A stretch of DNA of 49,528 nt from a virus (taxonomy: Duplodnaviria; Caudoviricetes), in IMG/VR virus record IMGVR_UViG_3300025110_000022, positions 1 through 49,528 of that record; one strand, given 5' to 3'. The notes under the pieces are model-generated. The model was not told where the DNA came from. It searched no databases and was given only the letters and a program-made list of their open reading frames with translations. The position numbers were made by a program, and so were the translations under genes. Positions 44,746 to 49,528 of this stretch are shown here, one piece after another; position 1 is the stretch's first letter, and every line of letters begins with the position of its first letter.

Positions 44746-47427
44746 ATGACAAATTCACATATAAAGCAGAGTCCTTTTGTTGGTTATGCTGGTTTTGGGG
44801 GAGGCGTTGGAGCACTTTCTGCTAAGAGTTCAGCATCTAAAACATACGTTGACGATGTGTTCAGCACGTATCTTTATGAAGGAACTGGAGGAAATATAGA
44901 TGTTGATAATGGTATAGATGTTTCAACTGAAGGAGGTTTGGTCTGGATAAAAAGAAGAGATGGTTACAGTAATTTCCTTTTTGATACTGCAAGAGGAGGA
45001 ACAGAAGCATTAATAACTAATGGAGGTAACGCAGAATTTACGGAAGCAAATGGTGTTCATACGTTTAATACAGATGGGTTTAGTATTGGTGCAGGAAGTG
45101 ATGGTGCTTTTAATGGTAGTGGTATTGACTATACATCATGGACATTCCGCAAGTCAAAAGGATTCTTTGATATTGTTACCTGGACTGGGGATGGTAGTAA
45201 CCCTAGAAATATAAGTCATAATCTGGAATCAATCCCTGGATGTATTTGTTATAAAAGAACTGATGCTGCTGCTGATTGGTATGTTTATCATAGTAGTATG
45301 CCTACTAATCCTGCGAATTATCTGCTGCAGTTAGATGCCACTATTATAGCATATGGATCTCATGGTGATTTTGGATCCACTCTTCCAACTGCTGAGGTAT
45401 TTACAGTTGCTGGTAATTTAAATGTTTCAGGTCAGACATATATAGCTTATATTTTTGCAGGTGGTGATAATGGTGAGAGTTCTGTTGAATTTGATGGTAC
45501 AGGTGATTATTTAAATCTTGCCGCTAATACTGGATTTGATTTTGGAACAGGTGCATATACCGTTGAGTGTTGGGTTAAAACAACTGCAACTAATGGTTGG
45601 TTATTTTTTAATGCTACTAATGATACTGGATTGAGACTATGTATAGGTAATAATGGTGGTACTGGATCTAATAATGGAAAGATTGAAATTAATGAACAAG
45701 TTAGTAATAGTGATACTTACACTCAGGGTTCAACAGCAGTAAATGATGGTGATTGGCATCATATAGCAATTTCTAGAGATAGTGGTAGTAATACATTAAT
45801 CTATGTAGATGGAACTTTGGATGCTACGGGTACATCTGGTAAGAATTTATCTGGCAGTAACCCAGTTTTCATTGGATCTCGTTCTGCTAGTGCTCATATG
45901 AGTGACTTAGAAGGTAAAATATCTAACATGAGAGTTGTAAAAGGACAAGGACTTTATACAAGTAATTTTACACCTTCTACAACACCTCTTACACCTCAAT
46001 CTCAATCGGTAACCCAAAGTAATGTAACACTTATATGTTGTAATGGACCAGCTGCAGGATCATCAACCGCATCTCCTGTAGAGATTACAGAACATGGTAA
46101 TGTAAGCAGAAGTACAGATAATCCTTTTGGTACTAATGGTGCAGAAGAATATATCTTTGGAGGGGATTCGGATAAAAATATAATCCAATGTGGTAGTTAT
46201 CTTGGTAATGCCTCGTCTACAGGGCCAGTGCTTAATTTGGGATGGGAGCCGCAGTGGATAATGATTAAAAAAGCAACGGGATCTACCACTTCTGCTGATT
46301 GGTATATACTTGATTCTATGCGCGGCATTGTTAGTGGTGATGATGATGCAATATTGGAAGCTAATACTGCTGATGGTGAATCTAGTAATGGTTGGAATTT
46401 AGGGAAACTAACTTCATCAGGATTTCAACTTGAGCAAGGTGGTGCGTCTGTTAATGGTGATCATAATCAATACGTATATATTGCAATCCGAAGGCCAGAT
46501 GGATATGTAGGAAAACCGGCAACTTCAGGAACTGAAGTATTTGCTCAAGCGTATGGTGCAGATAGTGGTGACTTTAGATTTACAAGTAATTTCCCTGTTG
46601 ACTTTGCATGGGCTAAACTTTTTGCTGGCAGTGGAAATTGGTGGACATCTGCACGTTTAATTCAAAAGAGAGAACTAAAAACAAATAATACTGACGCAGG
46701 GGCTTCAGGCACTAATAAAGTTTTTGATAGCATGACAAAATGGCACTCTAGTGGAGCTGATAGTACATATATCTCTCATATGTTTAAACGCCACAAGGGT
46801 TTTGATGTGGTGACTTATAATGGAAACGGTACAAATCAGGATGTGAGACATAACCTTTCACAAGCCCCTGAGATGATGTGGATAAAGGCTCGTACTGGAA
46901 CATACGCAAGTTCTCAGGAATGGGCGGTGTATCATAAAGGTTTGAATGGTGGAACTAACCCACAAGATCGTATGATATATCTAAACACGGATGGAGCTGA
47001 AGGTTCACAGGCTTTCTGGAATGGTATAGCACCAACTAGTGCTGTATTTACTGTAGGAATGGGTGGTGATGTTGGTAATATTAATATGAGTAGCTATACA
47101 TACATAGCCATGCTCTTCAGCTCCGTTACAGGTATAAGTAAGGTTGGTTATTATACAGGTAATGGTACAAGTCAATCTATATCACTTGGATTCCAGCCCA
47201 GATTTTTAATATTGAAGAATGCTTCTTCGACTGAAAAGTGGTATGTGTTAGATACTGTTAGAGGATGGGCTTCGGGAACTGATACATATTTGTCATTGAA
47301 CACTGATTATGCTCAAGCCAGTGCTAGTACTTTTGGAGAACCAACATCAACAGGATTTGATATAAGTGGAAGTGATGCTTGGCAAAATGCTAATGGAGAC
47401 ACGTTCATATATTATGCACATGCCTAA
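44746..47427 (+). CDS. Modular putative receptor-binding protein with a LamG/ConA-like domain
   Basis: Repeated FD(I/V)V.(W/Y).G.G...HNL..P...W modules; SVEFDGTGDYL...YTVECW...WHHIAI...IYVDG LamG-like domain; AGGAGG SD. Confidence 0.8.
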   Translation: MTNSHIKQSPFVGYAGFGGGVGALSAKSSASKTYVDDVFSTYLYEGTGGNIDVDNGIDVSTEGGLVWIKRRDGYSNFLFDTARGGTEALITNGGNAEFTEANGVHTFNTDGFSIGAGSDGAFNGSGIDYTSWTFRKSKGFFDIVTWTGDGSNPRNISHNLESIPGCICYKRTDAAADWYVYHSSMPTNPANYLLQLDATIIAYGSHGDFGSTLPTAEVFTVAGNLNVSGQTYIAYIFAGGDNGESSVEFDGTGDYLNLAANTGFDFGTGAYTVECWVKTTATNGWLFFNATNDTGLRLCIGNNGGTGSNNGKIEINEQVSNSDTYTQGSTAVNDGDWHHIAISRDSGSNTLIYVDGTLDATGTSGKNLSGSNPVFIGSRSASAHMSDLEGKISNMRVVKGQGLYTSNFTPSTTPLTPQSQSVTQSNVTLICCNGPAAGSSTASPVEITEHGNVSRSTDNPFGTNGAEEYIFGGDSDKNIIQCGSYLGNASSTGPVLNLGWEPQWIMIKKATGSTTSADWYILDSMRGIVSGDDDAILEANTADGESSNGWNLGKLTSSGFQLEQGGASVNGDHNQYVYIAIRRPDGYVGKPATSGTEVFAQAYGADSGDFRFTSNFPVDFAWAKLFAGSGNWWTSARLIQKRELKTNNTDAGASGTNKVFDSMTKWHSSGADSTYISHMFKRHKGFDVVTYNGNGTNQDVRHNLSQAPEMMWIKARTGTYASSQEWAVYHKGLNGGTNPQDRMIYLNTDGAEGSQAFWNGIAPTSAVFTVGMGGDVGNINMSSYTYIAMLFSSVTGISKVGYYTGNGTSQSISLGFQPRFLILKNASSTEKWYVLDTVRGWASGTDTYLSLNTDYAQASASTFGEPTSTGFDISGSDAWQNANGDTFIYYAHA

Positions 47428-47455
47428 CCTAATAAATAACTAAAAAAGTAATACC

Positions 47456-48682
47456 ATGTCAAGAGCAAGAGAATTAGCGGGTTTTGCTACCGCAACAAAC
47501 CCAATTCAAGATCTTAACGTTGGTGTTGTAACCGCTATTTCTTTTAGTGGTGATGGATCTTCCTTGACAGGTATCGATGCTACATCGATTAAAGATGGTG
47601 GTGGAACAGTAAGAGCACAGGCAAATACTTCTGGTGTAGTCGTTACAGGTATATTAACTGCAACTAGTCTTGAGGGTGATGGTTCTGCTTTAACAGGATT
47701 ACCTGCAGGACTTGGAACTGCTGTTGCAGCAACTGGTGATGGTGCTAATATTTACTATACAAATCAAGTTTTAGATTTAGGTTCTAGTCTTTCTGTTGAT
47801 GTTCCTGCGACTGCTGTTGTTGCATATACACAATATCCAGAGATTGCTGTTGCATCTGGTGTTGATTTAACAATTTCTGATGGTGACGATTTTGTTTCAG
47901 ATATTTTAGGTATTGGTACAACTGGTGCTCCATCTCCTCTTGCAGGTGGTGGTGGTAGAATTCGTGCTGATAACTTTACTGATAGGGGTGGTTCTAATGC
48001 ACCTACATTCCCTAATGGTGTAAATGTAACTGGTGTTATTACTGCTACAACATTTCAAGGAAATGTTAATGGAACGACTGGAACCTTCAGTGGTGACGTT
48101 TCTATCGGTGGTACTCTAACATATGAGGATGTAGAAAGAGTTGATGCTACTGGACTTAGTACTTTTAGAGAAGGTTTGAATGTAGGTTCACCTACTGGTG
48201 TTGGTGGAACATTTAACCCTCAGGGTGATATATCTGCTGGTATTGGTAGTTTTAGTGGTGCTATATCAGGAACCACTGGAACATTTAGTGCTGCTGTATC
48301 AGGAACCACTGGAACATTTAGTGCTGCTGTATCAGGAACCACTGGAACATTTAGTGGAGCAATAACAGATTCAAAAGGTAATGTTCGTTCTATAATTCAA
48401 AACACTCAAGGTTCTACTTATACCCTTGTTGCTGGTGATGCTGGTAAACATATTCTTGCTAGTGGCACAGTCACCATTCCAAATTCAATCTTTTCTGCTG
48501 GAGATGCAGTTACTATTGTCAATAATACTGCTGGAGATTTAACACTTACAGCTTCAGTTGGAACTTTATATAACACAGCTGATGCAAGCACTGGAGACCG
48601 TACTTTAGCTACTAGAGGAATGGCTACTATTTTATTCTCAAGTGCTACGGCTGCCTACATCTCAGGTGCAGGATTGAGTTAA
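47456..48682 (+). CDS. Tail fibre protein
   Basis: MSRARELA start, G(V/I).TAT.F.GDGS.LTG repeats, C-terminal YTLV..D.GK...RG.ATI...ISG.GLS domain. Confidence 0.8.
   Translation: MSRARELAGFATATNPIQDLNVGVVTAISFSGDGSSLTGIDATSIKDGGGTVRAQANTSGVVVTGILTATSLEGDGSALTGLPAGLGTAVAATGDGANIYYTNQVLDLGSSLSVDVPATAVVAYTQYPEIAVASGVDLTISDGDDFVSDILGIGTTGAPSPLAGGGGRIRADNFTDRGGSNAPTFPNGVNVTGVITATTFQGNVNGTTGTFSGDVSIGGTLTYEDVERVDATGLSTFREGLNVGSPTGVGGTFNPQGDISAGIGSFSGAISGTTGTFSAAVSGTTGTFSAAVSGTTGTFSGAITDSKGNVRSIIQNTQGSTYTLVAGDAGKHILASGTVTIPNSIFSAGDAVTIVNNTAGDLTLTASVGTLYNTADASTGDRTLATRGMATILFSSATAAYISGAGLS
48264..48356 (+). repeat. 33-nt tandem repeat x2.8 (SGTTGTFSAAV)
   Basis: TATCAGGAACCACTGGAACATTTAGTGCTGCTG, identical copies. 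Confidence 0.92.
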
Positions 48683-48719
48683 AAATGCATCTATTAAATA
48701 ATAAGAACGGAGATTAATT

Positions 48720-49528
48720 ATGACACCAATTCAGCAGATGTTCCTTGGTGCTGGAGCAGCTTCTACAAAAACCTACGTTGACGATGTGTTCAGCACATAT
48801 GTTTATAAAGGAACTGCTGGTTCTAATAGTGTTAACAACGGAATTAATCTATCAGAGGAGGGAGGTTTAGTTTGGTTTAAAGAAAGAAGTGGTGGAGCTA
48901 ATCATCAAATATTTGATACTTTAAGAGGAGCAACGAAACAACTCAGATCTGACGGTACCAATGCAGAAGAAACCAGATCTTATGGACTTGCTTTTAACAC
49001 TAATGGCTATTCACTAAACTCTGGCGATGGCAACATTAATGGTTCTAGTAACACATATGCCTCATGGACATTCCGCAAGTCAAAAGGTTTCTTTGATATT
49101 GTTACCTATACTGGAAATGGTGGAGGTGCTCGCAGTATAAATCATAATTTAGGGTCTATTCCTGGTTTTGTAGCACTTAAATCAAATAGTAATATTACTA
49201 ATTGGGTTTGTTATCATAAAGATTTCAGTAGTAATCAATATGTTTCATTAAATAGTAGTGCTGTTGCTGCTACTGATGCGAACCAATCTATAAATAGTGT
49301 TACTTCAACTCAATTTACCGTAGGTTCAGATCAGAATACTAATGGATTAACCTTTGTAGTCTACCTATGGGCCGGAGGTGAGTCCACAGCCGCTACTGCA
49401 AAAAGTGTTGATTTTGATGGAACGGGTGATTATCTAAACACAACAAGTTCTAGTAGTGATTTCACTATGGGAACGGGAGACTATACTGTTGAATGTTGGG
49501 TTAATTGGAATAATAAAGCATCAGGTAT
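48720..49528 (+). CDS. Partial modular receptor-binding protein, paralog of 44746..47427
   Basis: MTPIQQMFLGAGAASTKTYVDDVFSTY...SWTFRKSKGFFDIVTY...SVDFDGTGDYL; GGAG SD; runs off the window. Confidence 0.85.
   Translation, partial: MTPIQQMFLGAGAASTKTYVDDVFSTYVYKGTAGSNSVNNGINLSEEGGLVWFKERSGGANHQIFDTLRGATKQLRSDGTNAEETRSYGLAFNTNGYSLNSGDGNINGSSNTYASWTFRKSKGFFDIVTYTGNGGGARSINHNLGSIPGFVALKSNSNITNWVCYHKDFSSNQYVSLNSSAVAATDANQSINSVTSTQFTVGSDQNTNGLTFVVYLWAGGESTAATAKSVDFDGTGDYLNTTSSSSDFTMGTGDYTVECWVNWNNKASG

Noticed and set aside
44746-49528. Diversity-generating retroelement TR/VR pair
   Set aside because: The shared blocks are short, both copies are coding, there is no adenine-specific mismatch pattern, and no reverse transcriptase lies in the window.
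1-49528. tRNA, rRNA, integrase or transposase genes
   Set aside because: No cloverleaf/T-loop signature or recombinase motif was recognised by eye; tRNAscan-SE would be needed to exclude tRNAs formally.

Overview
This is a segment of a T4-like marine cyanophage (Kyanoviridae-type myovirus). The host is most likely Prochlorococcus, judged from the psbA sequence, the AT-rich composition and the P-SSM2-like gene content; no psbD occurs in the window. About 0.4-12.8 kb holds auxiliary-metabolic, replication and transcription genes (psbA, glutaredoxin, purN, thyX, phoH, exonuclease, gp33, gp59, gp32) and many small ORFs. About 12.8-29.8 kb is the baseplate/tail module (gp53, gp48, gp2-like, gp4, gp54-like, gp26/gp51-like, two tape-measure-like proteins, gp27-like, gp5-like) with a CP12 gene embedded. 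About 29.8-33.8 kb is a cluster of predicted exported or membrane proteins, and 33.8-49.5 kb is an array of tail-fibre and adhesin genes. The strongest second-look signals are: (1) a nitrogen-sensing cassette of NtcA box, sigma70 promoter and interlocked tandem glutamine-riboswitch-like aptamers, with a 54-codon ORF inside one aptamer's P2 loop, upstream of a DUF4278-type gene; (2) a T-TTT-TTC slippery site that could fuse the gp26-like and gp51-like ORFs by -1 frameshift just upstream of the tape-measure-like gene; (3) an exported-protein operon with an apparently selected 319-nt dual-coding overlap and a paralog at the window start; (4) fibre/adhesin gene pairs carrying nucleotide-identical homology islands; (5) a dispersed ~65-nt leader repeat. 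All family assignments come from motif recognition by eye; no database searches were run.
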